64,000 bases of DNA from an uncultured Chloroflexia bacterium (GCA_963813335.1 CAWEYL010000003.1:128001-192000); one strand, 5' to 3'. Counted from the first letter of the stretch, positions 1 to 10,665 are shown. Numbers and translations: made by a program. Notes: generated by a model from the sequence alone, not told the origin.

Positions 1-2970
1 GAGCACATCGGCCTCGCCGTGGGCGAAGGTCAGCATCACGGTCTCGAGCGCGCCCTCGCCCATCTGCCCGTGGCCGACGACGAACCGGGCGCCTGGCAGC
101 ATCCGCCGGAGCTGCTCCGCCTGGGCCTCGATGGTCTCGACGCGGTTGTGGACGTAGAAGACCTGCCCGCCGCGGTCGAGCTCGCGCAGGATCGCGTCGC
201 GCACCAGCCCGGCCGACGCCTCGGCGACGCGGGTCTGGATCGGCAGCCGGTCCTCCGGCGGCGTCTCGATCGCCGACAGGTCGCGGATCCCGGCGAGGGC
301 CAGGTTGAGCGTCCGCGGGATGGGCGTGGCCGAGAGGGTCAGCACGTCCACCTCGGAGCGGAGCCGCTTGAGGCGCTCCTTGGCGGCCACGCCGAACCGC
401 TGCTCCTCGTCGACGACGACCAGCCCGAGGTCCTTGAAGCGCACGTCCTGGCTGAGCAGCCGATGCGTGCCGATGACGATGTCGACGGTCCCCGCGGCCA
501 GCCCCTCGATGGTCGCCGCCTGCTCCTTCGCCGATACGAACCGCGACAGCAGCCGGACCTCGAGCGGGAACGCCGCGAAGCGTTGGCTGAACGTCTCGTG
601 GTGCTGCGCGGCCAGCACGGTGGTCGGGACCAGGACGGCCACCTGGCGGTCGTCCTGGGTCGCCTTGAACGCGGCCCGGAGCGCGACCTCGGTCTTGCCG
701 TAGCCGACGTCGCCGACGACGAGGCGGTCCATCGGGCGGATCCGCTCCATGTCGGCCTTGACCTCGAGCGCCGCGCGCAGCTGGTCGACGGTCTCCTCGT
801 ACGGGAACGAGGCCTCCATCTCGGCCTGCCACGGCGTGTCCGCGGCGAACGCGTGGCCCTGCGCGGAGGCCCGGGCCGCGTACAGCGCCAGCAGCTCCTC
901 GGCGAGGTCCGTGACGGCCTTGCGGACGCGCTGCTTGGTGCGCAGCCACTCGGTCCCGCCGAGCTTGGAGAGCGACGGCCGCTCCGCCCCCGAGTAGCGG
1001 CTGACCCGGCCGATCTGCTCGACCGGCACGAAGATCCGGTCGCCCGCCGCGAACGAGAGCTCGAGGAAGTCGCGCTCGTCGCCGGTCCCGGACGACCGCC
1101 GCGTCATCTGCTCGTAGCGGGCGACGCCGTGGTCGATGTGGACGACGAGGTCGCCCGGGGTCAGCCGCTCGAGGATGTCGCGCGGTACGACCCGTCGCAG
1201 CGCGCGCGGCCGCCGGACGCGGACGGTCCCGAACAGCTCACGGTCCGTGACGAACGTCAGGCCCTCCGGCCCGCCGGTGAAGCCGCCGTTGAGGCTCCGG
1301 TCGACGATCGCCACGGCGCCCGGCGGTGGCGGCTCGGCGACGCGATCGACGACCGCGACCGACTGGCCCGCCTCCTCCAGCAGGTCCGCCAGCCGCGGTG
1401 CCTGGTCCGAGGCCAGGACGACCCGGGCGCCGTCCGCGCGCCAGCCCGCGACCGCGTCCACGACACCCGCTGCCCGACCGAACGGGAGCGTGGGCTCGCG
1501 CCAGCCGAAGACGTCGCCCGACGACAGCGCCCCGCGGGCCATCGCGGTCCCGACGGCCGGGTCCGACTCCCACGTCAGCTCCAGGGTCCGCGACCCGGTG
1601 AGCCGCGCCTTCCAGTCGCGTGACTGGAGATAGGTCGAGGGCCAGTCCTTCGGCAGCTCGCCGGCCGCGATCAGCTCGGCGCGCCGCTCGTCGGCCTGGC
1701 GCCACAGGAACTCGGCGGCGTCGGCGATGTCGCCGGGCTCGTCGATGACCAGCAGCGTGCCGGGGCCGAGGTGGTCGAGGCCCGTGGCGGGGGCGAGGTG
1801 GGCGGCCCAGACCTCGGCCGCGTCGCCGACGACCATCGCCCGGGTCTCGCCGGCCGGCTGCGTGGCCGCGCCCAGCCGTGCGTCCTCGGCGCCCTCGAAG
1901 CGCGTCAGGTCCGCGTCGAGCCGCTCGGGCAGCCGGGCGGCGGTGCGGCCAAGGCCGGCCCGGATCGCCGAGGCGCCCTCGGCCGGCAGCAGGAACTCCG
2001 ACGCGGGCAGCAGGACGGCGTCGTCGACGGCGCGGACCGTCCGCTGGTCGGTCGGGTCGAAGGCGCGCAGCGAATCGATCTCGTCGCCGAAGAACTCGAT
2101 GCGGATCGGCAGCGGCAGCGAGGGCGGGAAGACGTCGACGATGCCGCCGCGCTTCGCGAACTCGCCGCGGCCGGCCACCTCGAGCACGGGCACGTAGCCG
2201 AGGCCGAACAGGTCGCGCAGGAGCGCGTCCTGGTGGAGCCGCACCCCGCGCCGGAGCCGGCGCGGCTCGGCCGGCAGGTCGTCCGGGGCGAGCGTGTGCT
2301 GGAGCAGCGCCTGGACGCCGGCGACCAGCACCCTGGCCCGGCCGCTGCGCCACGCGGCCAGCGCCGCCACCCGGGCGGCCGTCTCGTCGGCGACGAGCTC
2401 GCTGCGCTCGTAGGCGAGCGCGGTCCGCGGCTCGAGGACGACGACCTCCTCCGGGTCGCCGAGCCAGGCGCCGAGCTCCTCGGCCACGCGATCGCCGATC
2501 TCCGCGTCGCGGGCGATCCAGGCCAGCCGCTCGCCCGTGTCCGCGAGCGCGAGCGCCGCGGCGAGGTACGACTTCGCGCCGTGCGGCACCGCGACCAGGC
2601 CTGCGTGTCGGCCGACCCGGCGCGGGTCGTCGGCCGCGCTGCCCAGCCGTTCGCGCAACGATGCGAACGAGCCGGTCGCTGCCAGCAGCGGCGGCAGCGA
2701 CGCCAGGTCCGGCAGCTGGTGCCGGGTGGACGTGCGGGGCTCGGCCGCGGCGCGTCGGCGGGGCGCCGGCCGGCGGACCCGGGCATCGCCCCGCGCCTCG
2801 GCCCGCCGGGCGTCCTCGGCCTCGGCGTCGACCGCCGCGACGTCGAAATCGACGAGATCCTCGTCGGCGGGTGGCCGGTGCCGGGCGGCCAGCGTCGAGG
2901 CGGCCTGCTCGGCGAGGCGTCGGTCGCGGCCGCGTCGCCCGCGGATCGGCGGGGTGGCCCGCTCAGCCAC
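1..2970 (-). CDS. mfd: Transcription-repair coupling factor (3' part runs off the window)
   Basis: Manual minus-strand translation gives DVGYGKTEVALRAAFKA, LVPTTVLAAQH and VVGHGQMGEGALE. The putative GTG start at 2970 overlaps the pth stop. Absent from the ORF track because it is open-ended. Confidence 0.95.
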   Translation of the reverse strand, partial: MAERATPPIRGRRGRDRRLAEQAASTLAARHRPPADEDLVDFDVAAVDAEAEDARRAEARGDARVRRPAPRRRAAAEPRTSTRHQLPDLASLPPLLAATGSFASLRERLGSAADDPRRVGRHAGLVAVPHGAKSYLAAALALADTGERLAWIARDAEIGDRVAEELGAWLGDPEEVVVLEPRTALAYERSELVADETAARVAALAAWRSGRARVLVAGVQALLQHTLAPDDLPAEPRRLRRGVRLHQDALLRDLFGLGYVPVLEVAGRGEFAKRGGIVDVFPPSLPLPIRIEFFGDEIDSLRAFDPTDQRTVRAVDDAVLLPASEFLLPAEGASAIRAGLGRTAARLPERLDADLTRFEGAEDARLGAATQPAGETRAMVVGDAAEVWAAHLAPATGLDHLGPGTLLVIDEPGDIADAAEFLWRQADERRAELIAAGELPKDWPSTYLQSRDWKARLTGSRTLELTWESDPAVGTAMARGALSSGDVFGWREPTLPFGRAAGVVDAVAGWRADGARVVLASDQAPRLADLLEEAGQSVAVVDRVAEPPPPGAVAIVDRSLNGGFTGGPEGLTFVTDRELFGTVRVRRPRALRRVVPRDILERLTPGDLVVHIDHGVARYEQMTRRSSGTGDERDFLELSFAAGDRIFVPVEQIGRVSRYSGAERPSLSKLGGTEWLRTKQRVRKAVTDLAEELLALYAARASAQGHAFAADTPWQAEMEASFPYEETVDQLRAALEVKADMERIRPMDRLVVGDVGYGKTEVALRAAFKATQDDRQVAVLVPTTVLAAQHHETFSQRFAAFPLEVRLLSRFVSAKEQAATIEGLAAGTVDIVIGTHRLLSQDVRFKDLGLVVVDEEQRFGVAAKERLKRLRSEVDVLTLSATPIPRTLNLALAGIRDLSAIETPPEDRLPIQTRVAEASAGLVRDAILRELDRGGQVFYVHNRVETIEAQAEQLRRMLPGARFVVGHGQMGEGALETVMLTFAHGEADVL

Positions 2971-3658
2971 CGGCGCCGCCCTCCTCGGACGGGCGGACCT
3001 TGCGCCAGCCGGTCTTCGTGCGGCGGACGCCGTCCGCACCGGGTGGCCCGTCGACCTCGCCGGGTGCGGCGAGCCGGTCGGTGTCGGCCGGCCGGAGCTC
3101 GAACTTGTTGAAGTGGTTGGCGGCCTTGCTGGTCCCCTCGCGAGCCCACGCCTCCACGGCATCCGCGGCCGCATCGAGCAGCTCGTCGAGCCGCTGCTGC
3201 TCGTCGGGCGCGAACTTCGACAGCACGTGGTCGATCGCCGTCCGGTCCGGCTCGCCGATCCCGACGCGAAGGCGACTGAACTTCTCGGTGCCGAGCTCGT
3301 CGACGATGGAGCGCAGGCCGTTGTGGCCGCCCGGGCCGCCGCCCTCGCGGAAGCGGAGCTTGCCGAACGGCAGGGCGAAATCGTCGGCGACGACCAGGAG
3401 GTCGACCAGCGGGGCGTGCTCGCGCTGCAGGACCTTGCGGACCGCGCGGCCCGAGTCGTTCATGTACGTCAGCGGCTTGACCAGCGTCAGGTCCAGGCTG
3501 CGGTAGCGGCCGCCGACGACATTGGAGGCGTCGCGCTGGCGGCCCTTGCCGGTCCAGCCGGCCCGCTCCGCGATGCGGTCCATCACGAGCCAGCCGACGT
3601 TGTGGCGCGTCCCCGCGTACTGCGACCCGGGGTTCCCGAGCCCGACCACCACCTTCAA
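2963..3658 (-). CDS. pth: Peptidyl-tRNA hydrolase
   Basis: Motifs VVGLGNPG..YAGTRHNVG, KPLTYMN.SG and GGHNGLRS; TTG start preceded by GGAGG. Confidence 0.95.
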   Translation of the reverse strand: MKVVVGLGNPGSQYAGTRHNVGWLVMDRIAERAGWTGKGRQRDASNVVGGRYRSLDLTLVKPLTYMNDSGRAVRKVLQREHAPLVDLLVVADDFALPFGKLRFREGGGPGGHNGLRSIVDELGTEKFSRLRVGIGEPDRTAIDHVLSKFAPDEQQRLDELLDAAADAVEAWAREGTSKAANHFNKFELRPADTDRLAAPGEVDGPPGADGVRRTKTGWRKVRPSEEGGAGG

Positions 3659-3785
3659 GATCCAGGACCTCCGCGGACAGCACGACAGGGCCCGAATCCC
3701 GTCCGACGCGGTCGGCGGGAGGGCCTGTCGCGATGGTACCGGACGCGGTCGAGCGGCGCGTCGGCCCGGTCGCCCGCGGTCCGGG

Positions 3786-4340
3786 CTAGTCGCGGTCGAG
3801 CAGCTCCCGCTCCAGCGCCCGCATCGCGTCGCCCTCCCCCGGATCCGCGTGGTCCCAGCCGCAGACGTGGAGCGTCCCGTGCGTGACGAGGAGGCGCAGC
3901 TCGTCGCCGGCCGACCAGCGGACGTCGCCGGTCTGGCCGCCACGGCCGGCGGTCGCCTGCTCGATCGCCCGCTCCACCGACACGACGATGTCCCCGAGGT
4001 GGACGCGCGCACCCGGTGGGAGCGCGAAGGCGGGCTCGGCGGCCGAGGCGTCCGACCGGTCCGGCCCGCCCCGGTGCGTGGGGAACGCGGACGGTGGCAG
4101 CAGCGGGAACGACAGCACGTCCGTCGGCCCGGTCGCGCCCATGTGCGTCGCGTTGAGCCCGGCCAGCTCGGCGTCGTCGGTGAGGATCAGGCCGATGGAT
4201 GCGGGTCCCGGCGCGCCGCCCGCGGCGAGCGCCGCCGCGACCGCTCGCGCCAGCCGCACGGACGCGATCGGGACCGCGACGCCGTCGCGGATCTCGAGGT
4301 CCAGGCGCCACGGCGCGAGATAGAGCGCCCGGCGGCTCAC
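3786..4340 (-). CDS. ybeY: rRNA maturation endoribonuclease YbeY
   Basis: TDVLSFP, LGDIVVS and HGTLHVCGWDH (H3xH5xH) motifs; GTG start overlaps the upstream stop. Confidence 0.93.
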   Translation of the reverse strand: MSRRALYLAPWRLDLEIRDGVAVPIASVRLARAVAAALAAGGAPGPASIGLILTDDAELAGLNATHMGATGPTDVLSFPLLPPSAFPTHRGGPDRSDASAAEPAFALPPGARVHLGDIVVSVERAIEQATAGRGGQTGDVRWSAGDELRLLVTHGTLHVCGWDHADPGEGDAMRALERELLDRD

Positions 4341-6481
4341 GAGACCTGGTTTCGCCTCGACTCGATCTCGACGACCTTGCTCTGCGGGTAGGCGATCCGG
4401 GTGTGGTACATGCCCAGCAGCTGGGCCACGAACGCCTCGCGGATGCGCTCCAGGTCGCGCAGGGTGAGGTCGCACTCGTCGAACTGGCCGTCGGCGATGC
4501 GCTCCTCGATGATCCGGGTGACCATCGCCCGGATCGCCGGCTCGTCGCGCAATTCGAGGGAGCGGACCGAGGCCTCGACGCTGTCGGCCAGCATGATGAT
4601 CGCGGCCTCGCGCGACTGCGGCTTGGGGCCGCTATGGCGGAACGGCCGCTCGTCGACGGCATCGGCCGCCTGGCGGCCCTCCGCGGTGGCCAGGCCGCCG
4701 TACGGCTCTGCCGCGCGCTCGCGGGCGCGGCCGTAGAAGTAGCCCATGATCGCGGTCCCGTGGTGCTGCGGGATGTAGGCGATGAGCGCCTTCGGCAGCC
4801 GGCTCTTGTAGGCGAGGTCGATGCCGTCGGCCACGTGCTGTTTGACGATCGCCGCGCTGACCTCGGGGTCCAGCGTGTCGTGGACGTTGTCGCCGCCGGC
4901 CTGGTTCTCGATGAACCCGAGCGGGTTGGCCAGCTTGCCGATGTCGTGGTAGTACGCCGCGACGCGGGTGACCAGTGGGTCGCCGCCGATCGACTCGGCC
5001 GCCCGCTCCGCGAGATTGCCGACCATCAGCGAGTGGTGGTAGGTCCCGGGCGTCTCGACCAGCAGGCGGCGGAGCAGGGGCTGCGACGGGTTCGCCAGCT
5101 CGAGCAGCTGGAAGACGGTCAGGATCCCGAAGACCGAGCCGAGGACCGCGAACGTGCCGACCGCCGCGACGCCCGAGCCGAGCGCCGAGGCCGCCGACGC
5201 GAACCACAGCTGGATCACGCCCTGGACGTCGCGCGCGCCGAGCAGCGAGAAGGTCGTGACGACCATGGCGTTGACCACGAAGACCGCGAACGCCGCCTGG
5301 ACGAACACCTGCAGCCGGTCGCCCTTGCGGATCATCACGATGCCCGTCAGGCCGCCGAGGAGGACGTACGACGTCAGCTCGAGGGAACCGCCGTTGACGG
5401 CCCCGGCGATGACCGCGATGAGCCCGATGACGACCGTTGCCAGCGACGCGTCGAGCAGAATGGCCAGGAGCATCCCGATCGCGGCCGTGGGCAGGAAGAA
5501 CTGGAGGATCGACCGACCGGCAGTGATCTTGAGCGCGAGGGTCGCCCCCACGACCAGCAGCCCGGTCAGCACCAGGACGTTGTCGCGATGCCAGAGCGTC
5601 GGGCGGAAGCGCCAGAGCCAGCCGAGCAGCAGGCCGACGATCAGGACGGACAGCAGGAACCAGCCGAAGAAGCTCGCGACGTCGGGCCTCGAGGTCTTGA
5701 GCCCGAGCGCGACGATCTTCTCCAGGGCATCCGCCGAGACCCGTTCACCGGCCGGGACGATCTTCTCGCCCTGCAGGACGGAGACCATCACCGGCTGCAC
5801 GGCGGCCGTCGCCTTGGCGATCTCCTGGTCGGTCAGCTCCTGGCTGAACGACGAGTTGGGGACCACGAGCGGGCCGATCAGCTCCGCCGCCAGCGCGCGC
5901 TCCTTCTCGTTGAGCCCCCCGGCCATCAGCCCGGCCAGCCTCGTCCGGGTCTCGGCGACCTCCGTGTCCTTCAGCGGCGCCCGCAGGAGCGCATCGAGGA
6001 CGCGCGCCGACTCGGTGCGGATCACCGACCAGCGGCCGGGGTCCATCGCGAGCAGGGTCGCCTGGGCGGAATCGGTGAGACCGGAGATGGCCACCTGCAG
6101 GAGCGAGGTGCGCTGGTCGGGCGTGATCTCCGCGGAGAACGCGGTATCGACCCGCTGCACGCGCTGCTCGAAGGCGACCTGCTGCTCGTCCGCGAGCGCG
6201 ATGGCCTTCTCGGTCGTGAAGTCGTACTGCGGCGCGACGTTCTTGGCGGCGTCGGCCCGGGCGGCGGCCGTGCGGCTGTCGCTCTGGAACTCGAGCGTCT
6301 TGGGCGCGACGATGTCGCGCGGCGCCAGGTCGCCGGCGGCGACCGTCAGCGTCGGCTGCGGCAGGATGTCGGACCCCAGGATCGCGGTGAGGACCGCGAT
6401 CAGGATCCCGGCCGCGATCGCGAGCCGGACGGCGTCCTTGCGGGTGAACCGGGCGATCGCCTCGGCGCGCTGGGTCAGCAT
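4337..6481 (-). CDS. 7TM-HD membrane phosphohydrolase (PgpH-like cyclic dinucleotide phosphodiesterase)
   Basis: N-terminal TM, extracellular domain, several TMs, then PGTYHHS, YYHDIGK, QHHGT and MLADSVEA; upstream of ybeY as in Firmicutes. Confidence 0.88.
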   Translation of the reverse strand: MLTQRAEAIARFTRKDAVRLAIAAGILIAVLTAILGSDILPQPTLTVAAGDLAPRDIVAPKTLEFQSDSRTAAARADAAKNVAPQYDFTTEKAIALADEQQVAFEQRVQRVDTAFSAEITPDQRTSLLQVAISGLTDSAQATLLAMDPGRWSVIRTESARVLDALLRAPLKDTEVAETRTRLAGLMAGGLNEKERALAAELIGPLVVPNSSFSQELTDQEIAKATAAVQPVMVSVLQGEKIVPAGERVSADALEKIVALGLKTSRPDVASFFGWFLLSVLIVGLLLGWLWRFRPTLWHRDNVLVLTGLLVVGATLALKITAGRSILQFFLPTAAIGMLLAILLDASLATVVIGLIAVIAGAVNGGSLELTSYVLLGGLTGIVMIRKGDRLQVFVQAAFAVFVVNAMVVTTFSLLGARDVQGVIQLWFASAASALGSGVAAVGTFAVLGSVFGILTVFQLLELANPSQPLLRRLLVETPGTYHHSLMVGNLAERAAESIGGDPLVTRVAAYYHDIGKLANPLGFIENQAGGDNVHDTLDPEVSAAIVKQHVADGIDLAYKSRLPKALIAYIPQHHGTAIMGYFYGRARERAAEPYGGLATAEGRQAADAVDERPFRHSGPKPQSREAAIIMLADSVEASVRSLELRDEPAIRAMVTRIIEERIADGQFDECDLTLRDLERIREAFVAQLLGMYHTRIAYPQSKVVEIESRRNQVS

Positions 6482-6507
6482 GGGTCGGTCATCGGACGGT
6501 CGGGAGG

Positions 6508-6987
6508 CTAGTGCGTGCCGCCGTCGTGGGCGACGAGGTCGGCTTCCGCGAGGGCCTTGGCGACCAGGCCGCTGACGACCTTGCCGTCGGCGCGGCCGCG
6601 GATCCTCGGCGAGAGCCAGCCCATGACCTTGCCCATGTCGCGGGCGGAGGTGGCCCCGGTCGCGGCGACGGCCTCGTCGACGAGAGCGGCGATCTCCGCC
6701 TCGCCCAGGGCCTGCGGCAGGTACTCGGTCAGGATGGCGATCTCGGCCTCCTCCTTGGTCGCGAGGTCCTCGCGGCCGGCGCCACGGAACGCCTCGACCG
6801 ACTCACGGCGGGTCTTCACCTCGCGCGCGAGCACGCCGACGAGCTCGTCGTCGGTGAGCGGCCGCTGGTTCTTCTTCTCCAGGTTGTAGGCGGCGTTCGT
6901 CGCCATGCGCAGCACGTCGCGGCGCAGCGTATCGCCACCGCGCATCGCGGCGGTGATGTCGTCCTGGAGTCGGTCTCGAAGGGACAC
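6508..6987 (-). CDS. GatB/YqeY domain protein
   Basis: REVKTRRESVEAF, EIAILTEYLPQ and DMGKVMG motifs; downstream of rpsU. Confidence 0.9.
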   Translation of the reverse strand: MSLRDRLQDDITAAMRGGDTLRRDVLRMATNAAYNLEKKNQRPLTDDELVGVLAREVKTRRESVEAFRGAGREDLATKEEAEIAILTEYLPQALGEAEIAALVDEAVAATGATSARDMGKVMGWLSPRIRGRADGKVVSGLVAKALAEADLVAHDGGTH

Positions 6988-7097
6988 CGGTACTGGCTAC
7001 CTCGGGCGGGCGGTTCGGCCGTGGTTCACGGCGTGGCGCCGGGACGCCCGTGGGGCGCGGGTGGCATCGGGAGGGCGCGCGCGGCGCGCGTCCCGGG

Positions 7098-7283
7098 TCA
7101 GCCGACCTGCGTTCGGGCGTTCTTCTTGCGCTTCGCTTCCTTGCGCTTGCGCTTCACGGACGGCTTCTCGTAGTGCTCGCGTCGGCGAGCCTCCGCGAGG
7201 ATGCCGCTCTGCTGGATCTTCTTGTTGAAGCGGCGCAGGGCGCTTTCGAACGTCTCGTTCTCTCCCACTCGGACTTCAGCCAA
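7098..7283 (-). CDS. rpsU: 30S ribosomal protein bS21
   Basis: [27 protein letters not shown]; TTG start after GGAGGTG. Confidence 0.96.
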   Translation of the reverse strand: MAEVRVGENETFESALRRFNKKIQQSGILAEARRREHYEKPSVKRKRKEAKRKKNARTQVG

Positions 7284-7408
7284 TCGGTGTTCACCTCCCC
7301 AGGCCTGGAGTTCGTGGCTCTCGCGCGGGCTCGTGGCCAGCCGGCCCGACGCGTGCTCAGCGGTCCCCCGCCGAAGCCGCCGGAGTGTAGCCGAGCCCCC
7401 GGGGTCGG

Positions 7409-7720
7409 TCAAACGGTCGGAAGGTGCTGTCCGAGCACGAAGATCCAGTACGCGTCGAGCGCCGCGACCACCGCCCAGAACCCGACGATGAGCGTCGGAC
7501 GACGCAGGAAGCACTTGCTCCACGACACGCCGAGCGAGATCGAGCGCAGATACAGCCCGATCGCCACGATCGCGACGACCAGCACGAAGACCGCGGGCGT
7601 CACCAGCCACGCGATCAGACCGATCGTCCCCATGCGGCAGAACGTGAAGGCCAGCCGCTCGTACTTCTCCGGGCGGGTGAGCGGCGGGCGGGCGTAGCTG
7701 GTCGGTCCGACGGTGGTCAT
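7409..7720 (-). CDS. Small membrane protein (about 3 TM), last gene of the Lgt-like/radical SAM operon
   Basis: 103-aa hydrophobic ORF; ATGA overlap with the radical SAM stop. Confidence 0.75.
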   Translation of the reverse strand: MTTVGPTSYARPPLTRPEKYERLAFTFCRMGTIGLIAWLVTPAVFVLVVAIVAIGLYLRSISLGVSWSKCFLRRPTLIVGFWAVVAALDAYWIFVLGQHLPTV

Positions 7721-9285
7721 GCGGGTGCCTCGCTCGAGAGCGGCCGCAGGTCATCGAGGGCGATGAGCTCGCGAGCCGGGACCATGCCCGCCGACGTGTG
7801 CCGTCGCAGGCCGCCGAAGATCTGTCGGGCGCAGAACGGGACCCGGACAGGGTTCGCCTCGCCATCGGTCGAGCCGACGTGCACGCAGCACTGCTGCAGG
7901 CGCTCGATGTTCAGGGTCCAGGGGTCCATGAACGTCTTGATCGAGACCCGTTTGACCCGCAGCGCGATGTCGGTCATCGGGGCCTGGCCGCGGTCGGTGA
8001 TCCAGCGGCCGAGGCTCTTGATGAAGCCCGAGACGCCGAGGTCGCAGACCTCGCAGATGTCGAGCAGGTAGTCGATGACCTCCTTGCGGCTGACCATCGC
8101 CGTCTCCGACAGCAGGCCCGTGAGCGACTCCCAGAGCGCGTCGTCCGGGGCCAGCCGGTTCCCGAACACCGCCATCCGCTCGGCCAGCCGGTCGCGGCCG
8201 ATCAACTGCACGATCGAGCGGTGCGAGCCGTCGTCGCCGCGGACGAAGTAGGTCAACGACGAGCAGTCGGGATGGCTGCACGGGAGCGCGATGAAGTCGT
8301 CCGGCCCGACGCGGCCGGCGGTCTGCTCGCCCAGCCGGCGGATGGTCCCGGTCGTCGTCGAGCGGTCCATCGGGTCGATGGCGTGCGCCCGGCCGGTCGT
8401 GAACATGGGCTGGATCGCGACGCCGGCGACGTAGTCGGTGGCGAAGGCGTGCTCGACGACCGCGCCCACCTCGTGGTCGTTCACCCCCTTGGCGACCGCC
8501 ATCGCGAGCGTGGTGAAGATCCGCTCGCCGGTCAGGCGCTCGATGGCGAGCCGCTTCACCTCGCGCAGGTCCTCGCCGCGGTGGTACAGGTGCGTCGCGA
8601 GCTCGAAGCCGTCGAACTGGAGGTACACCTCGACGCGGTCGCGGAGGCTGGCGAGCTCGGCGAGGAAGCGGTCGTCGCGGGCGACGCGGATCCCGTTGGT
8701 GTTGAGCACGACGCGGGTCACGGGCGATCTGGTCGCCTCCCGGATGATCTCGACGATCTCGGGATGGACGGTCGGCTCGCCGCCGGACAGCATCAGGGCG
8801 TCGATCCGCCCGCCCTCCCGCTCGATCGCGGTGTCGAGCGAGCGGACGATGTGGGGCAGCCGCGCGTGGCGATTGATCCCGGGCCCGCTGCCGGCGAAGC
8901 ACGTCGGGCAGTGGAGGTTGCAGTTCTCCGTGACGTCGATCAGCAGGATGCAGCTGTGCTGCGTCTGGAGGTCGCCCAGGCCGTCCATGTAGCCCATCGG
9001 GATCGGGCGCAGGTTACCGGGCGTATCCGGGGTGATCTCACGGGTAGGGATGCGCCAGTGCTGGAGCTCCTCCCAGAGGTCGCGGTCCTCCTCGTAGAGG
9101 CTCACCACCTCGCCGTGCCCGCGGCGGCAGATCCGGCGCAGGTAGACGGCGCCGTCCATCGCCACGAGGTTGCCCTGGAGGATGTCCGTCTCGTAGTCGA
9201 TCTCGCGGTCGGGATCCTCGCTGAAGCAGCGCCCGCAGATGGTCAGGACCATCCGCAGCGGGAGATAGGGTCGGAGGGCGAGCAT
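7717..9285 (-). CDS. Radical SAM enzyme, Tes/GDGT-MAS (MJ0619)-like family
   Basis: N-terminal CGRC...CRRGH metal site; CNLHCPTC radical SAM motif; [14 protein letters not shown] and YLQFDGF; C-terminal FMD...CCVH...PFC. Confidence 0.85.
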   Translation of the reverse strand: MLALRPYLPLRMVLTICGRCFSEDPDREIDYETDILQGNLVAMDGAVYLRRICRRGHGEVVSLYEEDRDLWEELQHWRIPTREITPDTPGNLRPIPMGYMDGLGDLQTQHSCILLIDVTENCNLHCPTCFAGSGPGINRHARLPHIVRSLDTAIEREGGRIDALMLSGGEPTVHPEIVEIIREATRSPVTRVVLNTNGIRVARDDRFLAELASLRDRVEVYLQFDGFELATHLYHRGEDLREVKRLAIERLTGERIFTTLAMAVAKGVNDHEVGAVVEHAFATDYVAGVAIQPMFTTGRAHAIDPMDRSTTTGTIRRLGEQTAGRVGPDDFIALPCSHPDCSSLTYFVRGDDGSHRSIVQLIGRDRLAERMAVFGNRLAPDDALWESLTGLLSETAMVSRKEVIDYLLDICEVCDLGVSGFIKSLGRWITDRGQAPMTDIALRVKRVSIKTFMDPWTLNIERLQQCCVHVGSTDGEANPVRVPFCARQIFGGLRRHTSAGMVPARELIALDDLRPLSSEAPA

Positions 9286-9290
9286 CGGAT

Positions 9291-9844
9291 CTAGATCGAG
9301 CCGGCGACCGGCAGGCACAGCCCGCTGATCCCGAGCAGGACGATGACCGGCACGACCAGGAGGAGTCGTGAGCGCGCGGCCGGGGCGCGCGGGATCGGGA
9401 TGCAGGGTGCGCATGACCAGGAACGAGCAGAGCAGCCCGAAGAGCAGCACGACCGTAAGGATCACCTGCGCGAACGGGCCGTAGCCGTATCGTCGACGTG
9501 CGGAGGAGGAACGGGATCGCGAAGAGGAGCCAGACGATGCCATAGGCGCCGAGGACGATCCGCCTCGCGGTCGATCGGACCGGGGCGATCGCCTCGTCCT
9601 GTCGCTGACGGGAATTGGCGAGCGCGAGAGCCTCGCGCACCTCCTCGGCGGTGAACCCGCCGGCGATCGCCGACCGCTCGATCGCGGCATCCGTGAACCC
9701 CGGCCGGATCGCCTGGATCCAGGTGACCAGCTGCTCCACGCGCGTCCCCGTCTGCCACGGCCCGCCGGGCGTGATCGGCGGTGGATCGGCGCTTCCCGGG
9801 TCGGCCGGGCCTTGGGCGCCTGCTGGCGTGCCGTCGTCGGTCAT
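9291..9844 (-). pseudogene. Membrane protein (about 3 TM) interrupted by two apparent +1 indels (near 9490 and 9365)
   Basis: Hydrophobic segments continue across three frames (IVWLLFAIPFLL / YGYGPFAQVILTVVLL / LLVVPVIVLLGISGLC*). Span is 554 nt = 552+2. ATGA overlap with the lgt-like gene. Confidence 0.65.
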
Positions 9845-10665
9845 GACAGTCCCTCCATCCGTACGGGGATCGGCGTGGGCGGCGCGGGGATGCGGTAGGC
9901 GTCGCGGCGGACCTGCCGGGCGAAATGCAGCAGGAGCAGGCCGACCATCGGGATGAGGACCCACTGGGGTCCGCTGAGACCGAGCGCCTGGGGCTCGTTG
10001 CCTCGGACGAACTCGACGAGGAATCGGAAGACCCCGGCCGCGAGCAGGTAGAGCTTCACGGCGTCGCCCGGGACCACGACCCGGTCCCGGTAGCGGAGGA
10101 TCACCGCGATGGCGACCAGGTTGAAGAGGATCTCGTACAGCATCGAGGGATGCATCGGGACATCGCAGCCGGGACAGCGGGCGAACGCCGCGGCGGCCGC
10201 CGGGCTGACCGAGATGCCCCACGGCAGGTCGGTCGGCGTGCCCAGCGGCAGCTCGGACAGGAAGCAGCCGATCCGCCCGATGACGGTCGCGACGGGGATC
10301 GCCAGGAGATAGCAGTCGCCGGTCGAGCGGGTGTAGCCGAAGGCCCGCTTCGAGAGCACGATCGCGATGTAGCCGCCGGCGATCGCGCCCAGGATGCTCT
10401 TGCCGCTGTGCTCGATCACCTCGCTGAACGGCTGGGTCGCGAGCGCGTCGTAGACCTCGAGGTGCTCCCAGGACGTGATCACCCGGGCGCCGATCGCGCC
10501 GCCGAGGACCGCCGCGAGCGAGATCCACACGATCGGTCCGCCGAGCCAGTCCCGCCGCCGCAGCTCCCGGTAGTAGATCGCGAGCCCGACCGTCAGCGCC
10601 AGCACCGTGAACGCGTCGTGCGTCATCACGGTCAGCGGGCCGAGCTGGAACAGGACGGGATGCAT
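9841..10665 (-). CDS. Prolipoprotein diacylglyceryl transferase (Lgt)-family paralogue
   Basis: MHPVLFQLGP, GGAIGAR, GRIGCFL, LPWGI, HPSMLYE and FRFLVEFVR. The canonical SFHGG motif reads KSILGA. Confidence 0.85.
   Translation of the reverse strand: MHPVLFQLGPLTVMTHDAFTVLALTVGLAIYYRELRRRDWLGGPIVWISLAAVLGGAIGARVITSWEHLEVYDALATQPFSEVIEHSGKSILGAIAGGYIAIVLSKRAFGYTRSTGDCYLLAIPVATVIGRIGCFLSELPLGTPTDLPWGISVSPAAAAAFARCPGCDVPMHPSMLYEILFNLVAIAVILRYRDRVVVPGDAVKLYLLAAGVFRFLVEFVRGNEPQALGLSGPQWVLIPMVGLLLLHFARQVRRDAYRIPAPPTPIPVRMEGLS

Noticed and set aside
19-3506. Long plus-strand ORFs here and elsewhere (e.g. 25531-28653, 43940-47206, 56362-60771)
   Set aside because: They are antisense or off-frame shadows of real genes in high-GC DNA, with Arg/Pro/Ala-rich translations and no motifs.
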